Positions 25,519 to 37,189 of a stretch of DNA of 56,704 nt are shown here, in pieces. Under the pieces are notes generated by a model. That model did no database searches and had not been told where the DNA came from. It saw only the letters and a list, made by a program, of their open reading frames with translations. The stretch is taken from the NCBI GenBank assembly GCA_004431415.1, contig QPMI01000464.1, positions 1 to 56,704 on the forward strand, in the 5' to 3' direction. The stretch is from Cyanophora paradoxa CCMP329. Its lineage: Eukaryota > Plantae > Glaucophyta. The position numbers and the translations under genes are program-made. The number at the start of each line of letters is the position of its first letter. The stretch's first letter is position 1.

Positions 25519-26136
25519 TTAGTTCTTGGGCTGCTTCTTGCGAGTCTCATTGAAACACTTGCGACATTTTGAATATAGACCATCTTTGGCAGTACTTCTT
25601 TTATTATAATCACTTGCAGGCTTTTCGATCTTGCAAGCAGAACAGGTCTTAGATTCGACGTTAATCTTTGGGCACATCTTCATTGATTCGGCATGCATTT
25701 TCGCATAATCATTCTTGCACTCTTTGCATGCTGAGTTGAACCCATCCGCGGTATGAGCATTGGTGTGGAATTCTGAGATTGGCTTAGTTTCTTCACAATT
25801 GGTGCACGTCTTAGATTCGATTTCAGGCTTTGGCTTTGAGGTGCGTTTAGAAACGTGTTCGGCTTGAACGACTTTGTAGCATGGGGCACAATATGCTTGC
25901 AGAGTAATGTTCCCCGATTTCAGCTTCCTCTCTCCAAACTCACAAGCCGGCTTCGTTTCCTTGCAGCGGTTGCATTGCTTTGTCTCAGGTTCGGGAAGTT
26001 GCCCCACAATGGGATAGGGAATCAGTGGTGGCATTTCAGCCAACGGGATGCATTGAACAGTGAAAGGCATTTTCGTAGGATGACAGTGTTTATAAAAAGT
26101 TGACATCAAATTTTGCGAGGGGTCGATTGCGTCCAC
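25519..26136 (-). CDS. Intronless protein with three tandem CxxC...CxxC zinc ribbons (virus/phage type); likely ATG at 26070
   Basis: KQCNRCKETKP..EF...YCAPC; KTCTNCEETKPISEF..DGFNSACKEC; KTCSACKIEKP..DGLYSKCRKC. This is the K.C..C...K...F....DG....CK.C pattern common in large-DNA-virus and phage HNH-associated proteins. Confidence 0.75.
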   Translation of the reverse strand: MDAIDPSQNLMSTFYKHCHPTKMPFTVQCIPLAEMPPLIPYPIVGQLPEPETKQCNRCKETKPACEFGERKLKSGNITLQAYCAPCYKVVQAEHVSKRTSKPKPEIESKTCTNCEETKPISEFHTNAHTADGFNSACKECKNDYAKMHAESMKMCPKINVESKTCSACKIEKPASDYNKRSTAKDGLYSKCRKCFNETRKKQPKN

Positions 26137-26754
26137 TACCTTATTTTTCTATCGATCCCCGATGGCATCGTGAAGCTCCCGATGCTATCGAGAGGTTCCC
26201 GATGCTATTGAGCAAGTTCCCGATGCAAAAAATAGGACTAAATGAGGGTACATTGCGGGAAAACGAGCTAGCTATACTACTATGAAAGGAATGCATAGAG
26301 TTATGATAAGTTATGCATAGTTTGGGGGAAACTTTGGGGGAAAGTTAAAGATTTATGCAAGGGGATACTGAGGATTGGGATAAAGTTAGTGCAAAGATAT
26401 GCATAAAGTTATAAAAACTATGAAAGATTTATGCATATTGGCACTGAGGAGACTGAGAATTCAAGATTGAGGGAAGTGGCGAGACTGAATAAGATAGGAT
26501 AATGTCGGATTTAATTGGTGTCCAGCACCCTTACCCGACCCCCGGCCCCTGGCCGAGCCACCCGGCCCATGGCCAGCCCATGGCCACCGACCTATATTCT
26601 GCGTGTAGGATTCTGCTGCATATTTAAAGTACATACAATCTGCTGCCAATTACAAAGAAGAATATATAGTTGTCGGGTCGTTGGCAACGTGGGCGAGACG
26701 CCACGTGGAGCAAGTGGGGCCAAAGTTCCGCGAGTGCCCCGTGTACATGTGTGA

Positions 26755-29700
26755 TCAGTAGATAGTTGCCCGTTTTTTCCCTCGCTGCTCCTTCATGTCG
26801 CAAGCGCTGCACATGCATGCGATTGAACGAAAAGAATTCTTGGTCAAGGGAGCCGACTGCTGAACAGTGAGAAATGGCATCACTATGAAACTAGCAAATC
26901 ATACCTTGTAGTTCCATGTGAGGGGTTCACCGGGTTCAATGACTCTTCTTGCATAGAAGCCATAATGTAACTTCCCGTTGACCATGCACTTTCGCAGCTC
27001 AACATTTGGGCTGCAACTGTGATTCATGAGTACTGGCCATCCACCTGTCGACATATCCAGCAGCATCCTGCCACTCATATCAACAAATCTTTCAATAGAG
27101 AATATAAGCAGAAGATTGGATTACGGTGTCCCTTCAAGCTGAATGTGCACGGTGATCTTGCTTTTCCGCGATTTCTCTATTGCAGTGCCTTCCTTGACAA
27201 AGCTGCCAACGAGCTCGGCCAGGAAGGTGTCTTTACGAATACGCTTGGCCCACTTGGGAAGCCGGACACCTGATCCACATTTGTCCTGGAACACTTCAAC
27301 AGATATACTGTGCGAGAAGCCAATCTCTCTGAAATGACGATTTCCACAGTCGAGGTCTCCGAAGGAGCATGTTCTCGCAGTGCATTGTTCTCCTAGGGAA
27401 GCGTTCGAACACATTGGCCCAGATCCCACGCTGCTGCACATTTCGTCGCCCCCCGTGTTCTTGCAATCACACAACTCTCCCGACCTGTCAACACGCTCTG
27501 GGAAACCAGAAGACTGTCATCTGTCGATTGGGATCGATTGACAGCAGCCTCTGCACCTTTGCAAGAGAGTGGAGTAGAAGTAGGGCCATATTGTTCACGG
27601 ATTTCCCACATGCGATCGCGGGATTTGCTTGACCCATCATGGGTCATGCAAGCCGTGAGAGGAGGGCTCAATTGAAGGAAAGGTGGCAACGGCATTGACG
27701 GATTTGCTTCAATTTCAGCATTATATTTGCGTTGCCTCTCAATGAATCTGCGGAGAATAGGTCGATCAACATGTACATGTGCAGTTCACAATCATTGCCG
27801 ACTCAAGCTTTTTCGCCTACCTCTGCTCAAGAGCCTGAATCAATGACTCCGTGTCGCCGTGTCCTGCTTGCCGTACCCTCTCAGAGCAAAGTTCTTCCAG
27901 CCTATTCTTGAAATCATGGAGCGTGAAGGGGTACTTGAAGGAAGCATGCTTGGTGAATTCCTCTAATGCACGGCTACGCTTTGATAGACGCGGGGGCCTT
28001 TTCGTGGAGCAATGGTTCTCGACCATTATGCCCACACAGGTGGACACCATGTGAAGGAAATTCGCGCAATGTACCCCACACTGCACGACATCACATCATT
28101 GGCAAAGCAAAACCATATGTGGGATGAGAGAACAACACAAACCGTCAGTCCCCCTGTCTGACGTCCTGTGTCGAGGATGATCGAGTGCACACGGGCTTTG
28201 GTCATGGTATGAGCACACCAGAAATCTTTCAAATTATCCGGCAAGGAAGAGCCGATAAGAGCCCAATCGTGCTTCTCGCCTTCAGTAAACCTTCTTCCCA
28301 GCATCGAATCGTGGATCAATAATCCAAGCCCGTCCGAAAACTTCATAAGCACAACTCCGCGCCTGCAATACGCAAATACTCTCAAGCTATATTTCGAAAA
28401 ACCACAGATACAATTCAGTTACCAATGATAACCAGTCTCCCATGGAAACGCAATTCCAGCCAGTGGTTTGCGGTGCATATAATACTTGGCCAACTCTTTA
28501 TGGAGGTGTCCTCTCAGTCGATCCATGTCGTCAATGTTGCCAACCTCGATGCAATACATTCCTCTCTTTGAGAAGGCATTGTGTACATCTTGAAAATAGA
28601 GATCTAAAAAGGAGCATGATCAGATAACTGAAGGCAGAGATGCGCTATCGCAAACGCACAATTTTGGATATCATGGTCGTTCAAAGGATCACCTTTCGTG
28701 TGGAGCTGCACGTACTGAAACTTGTGCTCTTTGAGCTGCTCTGGAGGTGCTGTGGGTGGAGGCATGGGCGCCGGCTGTGCAGTTGGTGGATCAATCGACG
28801 GGCCCAATCGGTAGATATAGAATTGCTTCTGCCCGTACGTCCCAATCAACGCCGGGTCAGCGAATCTATTCGTGGAGCCATCTGTTCCCGGAAGATCACT
28901 TTTTGCTGGAGCTGGTGTGCAGCCAACTGGGATCAGTCGAGACAGCCCAGTCTTCTTACAATCCCGACGTGTAATCTCTTTCTGTGTAATTACCTGTAAT
29001 TTGAAATTCACGTGAATTCACAAAATGGGCTTCATAGCCAGGGCACGAAGCGCACCAGCAATCCGGGAGCACAGGAGAGCAAACGTGAGAGGATTTCTTG
29101 CCTTACACCAGGGGGCATAACATAGTCATTGAGAATCACATGGGTGAAATGGTGCCTGTATGCAGGTCAGAACAAGCAGCCATCAAGCAGCTGTGTGCTC
29201 ACCTTGCAAAGTCTACTTCCCTCGCATCTCCCCAGACCATACTTGTGCGGGCCATGTATTTTTCGAGCATGATGAGGACATCTTTGTGCTCGACAGGATC
29301 AAAAACATCCATGCACTGCACAAGAAATTGATCTTGAAGAAGGTTGTATTCGTTCTCTCCTTTGGAGACCTCAAATCCGACCAGCTTTCCCACTTGGAAT
29401 GGCAGGCGCCGCACATACAGAGCAGCTATCAAAGCGAGCTGCGCAAAAATTGTCCAGAAGACACATGTCAAGATTAAGAAACGGCATCTCGCAGAATGAG
29501 AAAGAGACACCTTCCTGAGCAAGCCACCTGCTCCAGCTCCGATGTCGGCCAGAACGATATCTTGTCTAGAGTCTTGAGGAGGCTCGAGGAAGTAACTGTC
29601 TGTGGGAAGAAGGCCATTTCTGGAGAGAAGAACATCTAAGAGAAGAAGACCATCCAAAAGTCCCAGCTCCCCGTACTTCAGTGCTACACAAAGCTCCTGA

Positions 29701-32700
29701 GCTGAATCTGCCTCTCGCCTAGTCGGCATTTCCTTCGGGACTGTAGAAAAGCGCCTTTTGCATTCAAGATATGTAGATTCAGAGTAGCGGCCTTGTGTGA
29801 ACACTTTGCAGAGCGGTTCCCATCGCGAGCAAAACGACTGGATTTTCTTCCACTGGTGAAAGATAAGTTGCAGAGGACATTGATTAACACACTGTTGAGG
29901 GTTAATCAGAAGTGAGTACTGAGGACGGATACAAAGAACACACCTCTTCCACATCCGGAAATGGTTCTCCCGTTGCACAGAGTTCTGATTGATGGTTGTT
30001 GTCATATGTTTCCACTTTGTTTCCGTCGACGGCTAATGCTTCTGCATCCATCTCCGAGATCCAATCGAATGCTGGCATCATGCGCGTTGAACCAGCTTCA
30101 TCCCCGAATTCCGTGGCTGGCCGCGGTGAAAACAACACCAGAGCTGATTGTTGCTGATCGTAGGTTTCCAAAGAGCTTACAAGAGGCTCAGACCCGACAT
30201 TCTCCTCAGTTTCATCGACCTCTGCGTCAGATTATGAGCTATCACATCATCATCATTGGGCCATGCTGCCCGAGGATTTCATTAGGCCCTCACCAGCCAG
30301 CCCATTGTTGGCAGGTCTTGAGTGGGAGCCGGGCGAATCTTGCAACGAATTCGAGTGCTCCAGCTCGAGCGCCTGGGATGGGCTGGGGCTCCTCCTGCAT
30401 GCTGCTTCTACCAACGTTTCTGGAGGAGCCTGATCATTGCTTAAGCCGCCTGCAGTCGATGAAGCCTCCAGCGAACTGTGCAAATCCAGAGCACTGTCCC
30501 CAGATACAGCTCCCTCCAAACGAGCCTCATCATGACGATCTCCAAGAACATCTACACCACAAGTTTAGCGGGTTCAGTTTCCAAAGAGCTTACAAGAGGC
30601 TCACGAGGCGATTGACAGGCCTTGGCTTCAGACCCGACATTCTCCTCAGTTTCATCGAGCTCTGCGTCAGGTCATGAGCTATCACATCATCATCATTGGG
30701 CCATGCTGCCCGAGGATTTCATCAGGCCCTCACCAGCCAGCCCATTGTTGGCAGGTCTTGAGTGGGAGCCGGGCGAATCTTGCAACGAATTCGAGTGCTC
30801 CAGCTCGAGCGCCTGGGATGGGCTGGGGCTCCTCCTGCATGCTGCTTCTACCAACGTTTCTGGAGGAGCCTGATCATTGGTTAAGCCGCCTGCAGTCGAT
30901 GAAGCCTCCAGCGAACTGTGCAAATCCAGAGCACTGTCCCCAGATACAGCTCCCTCCAAACGAGCCTCATCATGACGATCTCCAAGAACATCTACACCAC
31001 AAGTTTAGCGGGTTCAGTTTCCAAAGAGCTTACAAGAGGTTCACCAGGCGATTGACAGGCCTTGGCTTCAGACCCGACATTCTCCTCAGTTTCATCGAGC
31101 TCTGCGTCAGGTCATGAGCTATCACATCATCATCATTGGGCCATGCTGCCCGAGGATTTCATCAGGCCCTCACCAGCCAGCCCATTGTTGGCAGGTCTTG
31201 AGTGGGAGCTGGGCGAATCTTGCAACGAATTCGAGTGCTCCAGCTCGAGCGCCTGGGATGGGCTGGGGCTCCTCCTGCATGCTGCTTCTACCAACGTTTC
31301 TGGAGGAGCCTGATCATTGGTTAAGCCGCCTGCAGTCGATGAAGCCTCCAGCGAACTGTGCAAATCCAGAGCACTGTCCCCAGATACAGCTCCCTCCAAA
31401 CGAGCCTCATCATGACGATCTCCAAGAACATCTACACCACAAGTTTAGCGGGTTCAGTTTCCAAAGAGCTTACAAGAGGTTCACCAGGCGATTGACAGGC
31501 CTTGGCTTCAGACCCGACATTCTCCTCAGTTTCATCGAGCTCTGCGTCAGGTCATGAGCTATCACATCATCATCATTGGGCCATGCTGCCCGAGGATTTC
31601 ATCAGGCCCTCACCAGCCAGCCCATTGTTGGCAGGTCTTGAGTGGGAGCTGGGCGAATCTTGCAACGAATTCGAGTGCTCCAGCTCGAGCGCCTGGGATG
31701 GGCTGGGGCTCCTCCTGCATGCTGCTTCTACCAACGTTTCTGGAGGAGCCTGATCATTGGTTAAGCCGCCTGCAGTCGATGAAGCCTCCAGCGAACTGTG
31801 CAAATCCAGAGCACTGTCCCCAGATACAGCTCCCTCCAAACGAGCCTCATCATGACGATCTCCAAGAACATCTACACCACAAGTTTAGCGGGTTCAGTTT
31901 CCAAAGAGCTTACAAGAGGTTCACCAGGCGATTGACAGGCCTTGGCTGCAGGCAACTGCCTAGGCAGATCTGAATTGTCAACGTTGTCAACGTTGGCACT
32001 CTCTGCAGGCACATTGTAGCATGAGATGAGGCAGACAGGTACAACTGCAGAGCCTGTCAGAGCCAAATCTGTGCTGCGGTCACTGTGCTGGTCTTCCAGC
32101 GGTTCGTGCTGGTCTTCCAGCGGTTCAAGTACGACATCTGAACAAATGGTTCTTTAAGAGCGTGCGGGAACAGAAGGAATCACATATGGTCCTCACTAGG
32201 GTTTCTTGTCGACACGATGTGAAAGCATTGCTGTAGTGGTACAGATCTCGCTTCGTCGGGAGGACAGTCGAGAAGGAAGGTGTACCACGCCCTCATGAAC
32301 TCATTCTGTTCTGAAAGAGGGCCTGTGTTTGGTCTGGCAAGAGGAGGCGGAGCACACTCTGAGCCAAAAACCAAATTAGAAACTGTATTCATGAAGCTTG
32401 CAAGTGCGGAAACGCACGCTTGCGCCTCTTGCACGGAGGCAGTGCTGAACGTTTTTTCGCCTTGGTGTTTCTCTGTCCAGGAGCAGCCTCAGTGTCAGTC
32501 TCTGCATGCCCAGCCATGTCCTGCACATCCTCACAGAGATCCACATCTGAGCAATGCTCTCAGTGCATGCACATGCAGACATGCAGGCCAAAAGAACATG
32601 CAGTCCTCACCAGGTCTTTTACTTTTTACCTCATCCCAGCAGTCATACAAGGACAATTGCCGTGCCTTGCGATACGTGCAGTCAAGAAGAAACGTGTACC

Positions 32701-34052
32701 AGCTCCGAATGAAGTTGCCCTTATGACTAAGCGGACCATGCTCTGGCCTGACAGAAGGGGGCTCGCCTGCTCAAGCAAACGAATCAGCATCGGCTTAGAA
32801 TGTTCAAAAGTCAATGCACGTCTTCTATAGGTTTGGCGCTTCTTTCGTTTGTGTGTCTTGGAGTTGCTCTGTGCAGGTAAAGCCTCGGTGTCACTCTGCC
32901 CAGGCTCGAGCTCGGTGTCGCTCTGTGCATGCCCACTCTCTGCATGCCCAGCCATGTCCTGCACAGCCCCACGGAGATCCACATCTGGGCAATGCTCTCA
33001 GTGCATGCACATGCAGACATGCAGGCCAAAAGAACATGCAGTCCTCACCAGGTCTTTTACTTTTTACCTCATCCCAGCAGTCATACAAGGACAATTGCCG
33101 TGCCTTGCGATACGTGCAGTTCTGAAGAAACGTGTACCAGCTCCGAATGAAGTTGCCCTTATGACGAAGTGCACCTTCGGTTGGCCTGACATGAGGAGGC
33201 TCGACACGTTCTGATCAAGCAAACGAGTAAGCACCTGGCTTAGAAAGAGCGCAAGTCAATGCACGTTTCAAAGAGATCTTACCCCTTTTGCGTTTGTGTG
33301 CATTGACCTTGCTCCGTGCAGATGCAGTCTCAGTGCCACTCTGCGTGGGTGCACCCTCGAGCTCGGTGTTGCTCTGTACAGGCGCAGCCTGAGTGTCATG
33401 CTCGCTCTTGCGCCTGCTCTTGGGATCGATGTCGGTTTCACTCTGTGCAGATGCAGCCTTGGATTCTCGCTTGCACTTGCGGTTGCTCTTGGGATTGAGC
33501 TCTTCGCCTGGCCTGCCAAATCAGTGCGTTTCCTAAGATTGCATGTCTTAAAAAGGGAGTCTCGCCCTCAAGAACGCATCCGGGCGCCTGTTTGCGCCCT
33601 TTTTCTAGTGCTGTAGGTAACACAAACGGGAGCCGCTGAGAAATTTGATAGAGACACGCACGAGAACCCGCAGCGTCCAGTTGAGAATGTGTTGCTCGTA
33701 CAAAAGGTGGCTGAGGCTGCACTAGCACGGCTGGGCGTTCCTGTAGCGCTCGCCGCTCCTTGGGCGTTGGAACTGCTTCGATGACGCCGGGCGCCGGCGC
33801 GAGCTGCTGCAGTTGCTCCCATTCTTCGATCAAGCGCTCAAACATTCGCGCCTGAGCATTACCCGCCAGCTGACGAAGCGCTTGGATAAGCTGTGGCGCT
33901 AACTGCTTGTACTGCGGCAGCGTGCCTCGCTGCAGTTCGAGCTTGTGCCTCGCGACTGTAGGGTGGTCGAGCGCACATTGCAGAGTTGTGCGAATCCGTT
34001 GTTCGACTGTTGCATTCTCCGCACTGTGTGTGCTCTGCGCACCGCAAATCAA
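26755..34052 (-). CDS. Multidomain chromatin enzyme: N-terminal repeats - DOT1-like class I MTase - Ulp1/C48 protease - AWS/SET/post-SET; 5' part above ~32200 tentative
   Basis: Hand-splicing keeps one frame from ~32070 to the stop at 26755. DOT1-like: KYGEL, LADIGAGAG, LVGFEVS, GDAREVDF, THVILND, FYIYRL. Ulp1: LNDHDIQNY, FPWETGYHW, IHDSM, QTGGLTCG. AWS: CDC..C..CSN..QC..C..CGN. SET: MNHSCSPN, GEPLTWNY. Post-SET: CMCSAC. Confidence 0.8.
30190..31948 (-). repeat. 4 x 440-bp near-identical tandem repeat inside the DOT1-Ulp1-SET gene
   Basis: Period 440 (30234/30674/31114/31554). Each unit holds 72-bp and 53-bp GT-AG introns, leaving 315 bp = 105 codons. Confidence 0.9.
32490..33290 (-). repeat. 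~438-bp duplication encoding an F(I/M)R(S/A)WYTFL..C motif (third diverged copy at ~32290)
   Basis: 32501-32730 matches 32939-33165; peptides NFIRSWYTFLLDC, NFIRSWYTFLQNC and EFMRAWYTFLLDC. Confidence 0.75.
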
Positions 34053-34240
34053 CTAGTGCTCGAGCCCGTTCGCGCTCGCCCGCACGCGCACTGCATGTCT
34101 ACGCATCCGCTCGCTCGCACTGGAGTTGGAGTGCGCGCGTGCGCGACGTCAACGTTGAACTTCGAAATCGAGCGGGCTCGAATTCGAGTACCCAGAATTC
34201 CCGCCAGCGGTTCCAGCAGCCAGCAGCCAGTTCCAGCAGA

Positions 34241-37116
34241 ATGTACGAAGACGAACTCAAGCGCTGGCAGGGTACTCACCGGCGCCGCATATGTCGCCGC
34301 GCCGCGGCGCGCATCGATATCGCCTCAGGGCCTATCGCCTATCGATACACCCACGCGCGCAGGCCCGCTCTTAACAGTCTTGGATAAAGCTTTTCGATGT
34401 CGATGCAAGCCTGATCGCTCAGATCATGAACCTACAGCTACAGCGGTCGAAGCGCTAGCAGCCTCTCGTTTGGCGAGGCAGAGGCTGCTGGCCGCGCCTT
34501 CTGAACTTGCATCGACTTCAGCATTCACAAATATGCTTGCTACGGTTCTGCGGTGCGTGTGAGCACCAGCAGCATCCGTGCATACTAACTGAGTAGCAGG
34601 GTGATGTTCACATCGGAAGGCACAGATGCAGCTTCAGATGATCCGTGCATGCAAGCTTATCTTCTACTTCTCTCCTTCGCGAAGCTTCGAGGATCCCATA
34701 CAGCCTTGAAAGCTTTTGAGTATGCGCTGCTTCGCTGTTTCGCGCAATTGCAGAATTCAGAATTGATGAATTCGTTTTCGTTCAGAGCATGCTGTGAACT
34801 CCCTGGTAGCGAGTTGAGCGAGTTCAATGACATTCTAGACGTTCGGCAGACATTGAAGACTGTTGAGAGGGAACGTTCCGAAACAGCCATGCAGCAATTG
34901 TGGGGCCAGCTGATATCAGGTCTCCGCCAGCATCGCGCAAGCTGGGGTGAGACACTCTGGAGAAAGTACACTGATGCATCCAGCTATGATTTGGCTGGTG
35001 CATGGGGGTCTTCCATGAGCTCTGTGCACACCCGAGCACAAGCCATCACACATTCCGCAAGGTAATTATAATTTAAACTCGAATCATTCATGCAAATTTG
35101 ATCTCAAATCGATATTATAGGTTCTTCTTACGGGCCCTGTCAAGTCCGATTGGATTGTCCTACACAGGACATGACAACACGTCTCCCACACACGTACAAT
35201 CCAAATACAGCACACAGGATTTGCCCTCTGTAGGTGTGCGGTGTCGTTTGCATTGTCCTCCGTCATCGACGTCTTTTCAGGAGAGATTCTGAAAGAGCGG
35301 GAGGGCATTGACTTGAGACTTGGCATCCTCGCGCCGGGCTATACGTTCTGTACAATTACTAACAGTGGAAGCACATCTGATCTCGAATCGACCATTGCTG
35401 AAATCGCGAACTTCGTGCATTTTTCTGGAGCGGTTCCTTGTAAATATGTTAAATATGCTCATACTTTATTTCGACAGACTGCCAGCAAGTGTGGAATGTT
35501 GAAGTGTGCGATGGGGGCTTATGTGTGGACGGAAGGTTCATGGGGAACATCAAGAGGTGCTCTTGGGACTAATGTTGCAAACAACAAGCGAAATCCTATT
35601 TCTTCGAGCTCATTCCGAGGAAGGTACATGGAAACAAGAGATGTGGTTATCAAACACTCACATGCACGGATATTTAATCACAGAGAAAAGCATGTGGTCA
35701 TTCCTTGTGTCTATAAGTCCATTCCCCCAAGCGAGCAAGTGATGGGATGCAAAATAGTGCACAGGGCCATCGACGACATCAGATTGGTGTGTTGTTTCCT
35801 GAGCTGTCAAAATTCCGCCGCCTAAGCGAGCAAACTACTCTTGGCAAGAACATCATACGCCGTCGGGAGAGTGGGTCGAACCTGTCAAGCGAAACGCTAG
35901 AGAGGACGCACCCATTTGCGGACCTGCCCATTAAGGTGCATTCTAATTAACTTGAATTTAGCTCACTTGGCGAGCATTTTATTGTTTGACAGGTTATTGT
36001 CTGCGAAGTGGTCTTAATGGACCCGTGGGAAGGGATCCGCTGGCTATCTTTGGAGTATCTTATTCTGCTGTCAGACCTTTGTGTGGAATTCGGTATTGCC
36101 TTAGTTTTCGATGAAGCAATAACAAGTGCGTGCTTTATGTTGCTCTGAGATCAGAAGCTTTCGAACTATTGTCGCTGTGTGCAGATTCATACCGAACAGC
36201 AAAATCATTCTTCGCTTTTCAACAATATGTGCATGCTGCTCATGCTCGAGAGAGAAGAGTTCTTACGCATGGCATACTAACCGGGAAGGCTATTACCCCA
36301 TCATTTCTCCTGGTCCATTGAGCCCTCATTATTTGAATTTTAATGATTCCCTCTATATGGATAACGCTTTGTACCCATCACGAAGGTGAAAGAGATGCCT
36401 AACAAAGAGGACCCATGGAAAGCTGTGTATGGCCACAGGTGGTCTGCACACGTTCTCGAACAGAGATTTAAAGGTGCAAATGCCTCATAATTCCAAGGTG
36501 CAAATGTTTCGGAGTATGCTGATCTCTTTATGGCCAGAATTTGTTACAGTGCAGCCGTATCGCCTCTCCCTGATACATACGTCGTGTTTTCTGGAAGACT
36601 GTATGTACATGTTGGCTTCGAATTCTAGCTAAAAATTTCGAATTCGATTCTACTAGCTTACGTATACGTTCCGCAGTTTGTGAACTGAAGGAAACTAATC
36701 CTTGCTTCGAAGAAACCTTTCAAGAGCAATCAGACGCAATCTTTGACACACTGGACGATTTTCTGGAACGGCTTCGCCATTTTCAAAGTCATGAACCCAC
36801 TGCAAAGCGTTTTCGTGGATCCCAAGGTCAGGAGGCCTTTAATGATCCGCATGAATATCAAGATGAGAAAGACCGTGAGAACGAGAAGACCATGTCAATC
36901 ACCCGTGCTGGTGAGACTATCAGCTCGAGCACATCTATGTGAGCACATCCATCTGAGTTGCACGCAGGATTTCTTTTCGCAATTCCCTCCCTCATGGCGG
37001 CGAATATGCCAGAACTGGTGACCACAAGGGTGACACCTGAAGGAACCCCATCCTTCCATCGCTGCATCTTTCCGGCCGACTTCAACGTCAAGCTACTCAC
37101 CAAGGCTCTTTTTTAG
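34241..37116 (+). CDS. Multi-exon protein with a divergent class-III PLP-dependent aminotransferase domain and a long N-terminal extension
   Basis: Ordered motifs ITNSGSTSDLE; GAY...GTSRGAL; VIVCEVV...SLEYLILLSDLCVEFGIALVFDEAIT|NSYRTAKSFFAF...ILTGKAI. Class III consensus: TNSGSEA, GAYHG, IVEP..EYL..L..LC...GILLIFDEVQTGFGRTG..FA..T.GK. The Schiff-base Lys is retained (~36286). Confidence 0.72.
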
Positions 37117-37189
37117 TACTAGATCTAGTACTTGTGATAACAAGCATGTCAGCTGGCATTATCTGCAACTACACTAAGATTGGCAGGCG

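Noticed and set aside
24911-25522. 203-aa ORF
   Set aside because: The N-terminal third is a translation of the 32-bp array and the rest has no protein-like signal.
29961-31973. Plus-strand repeated ORFs (MSYHIIIIG..., MASDPTF...)
   Set aside because: Antisense shadows; splice signals and frame continuity support the minus strand.
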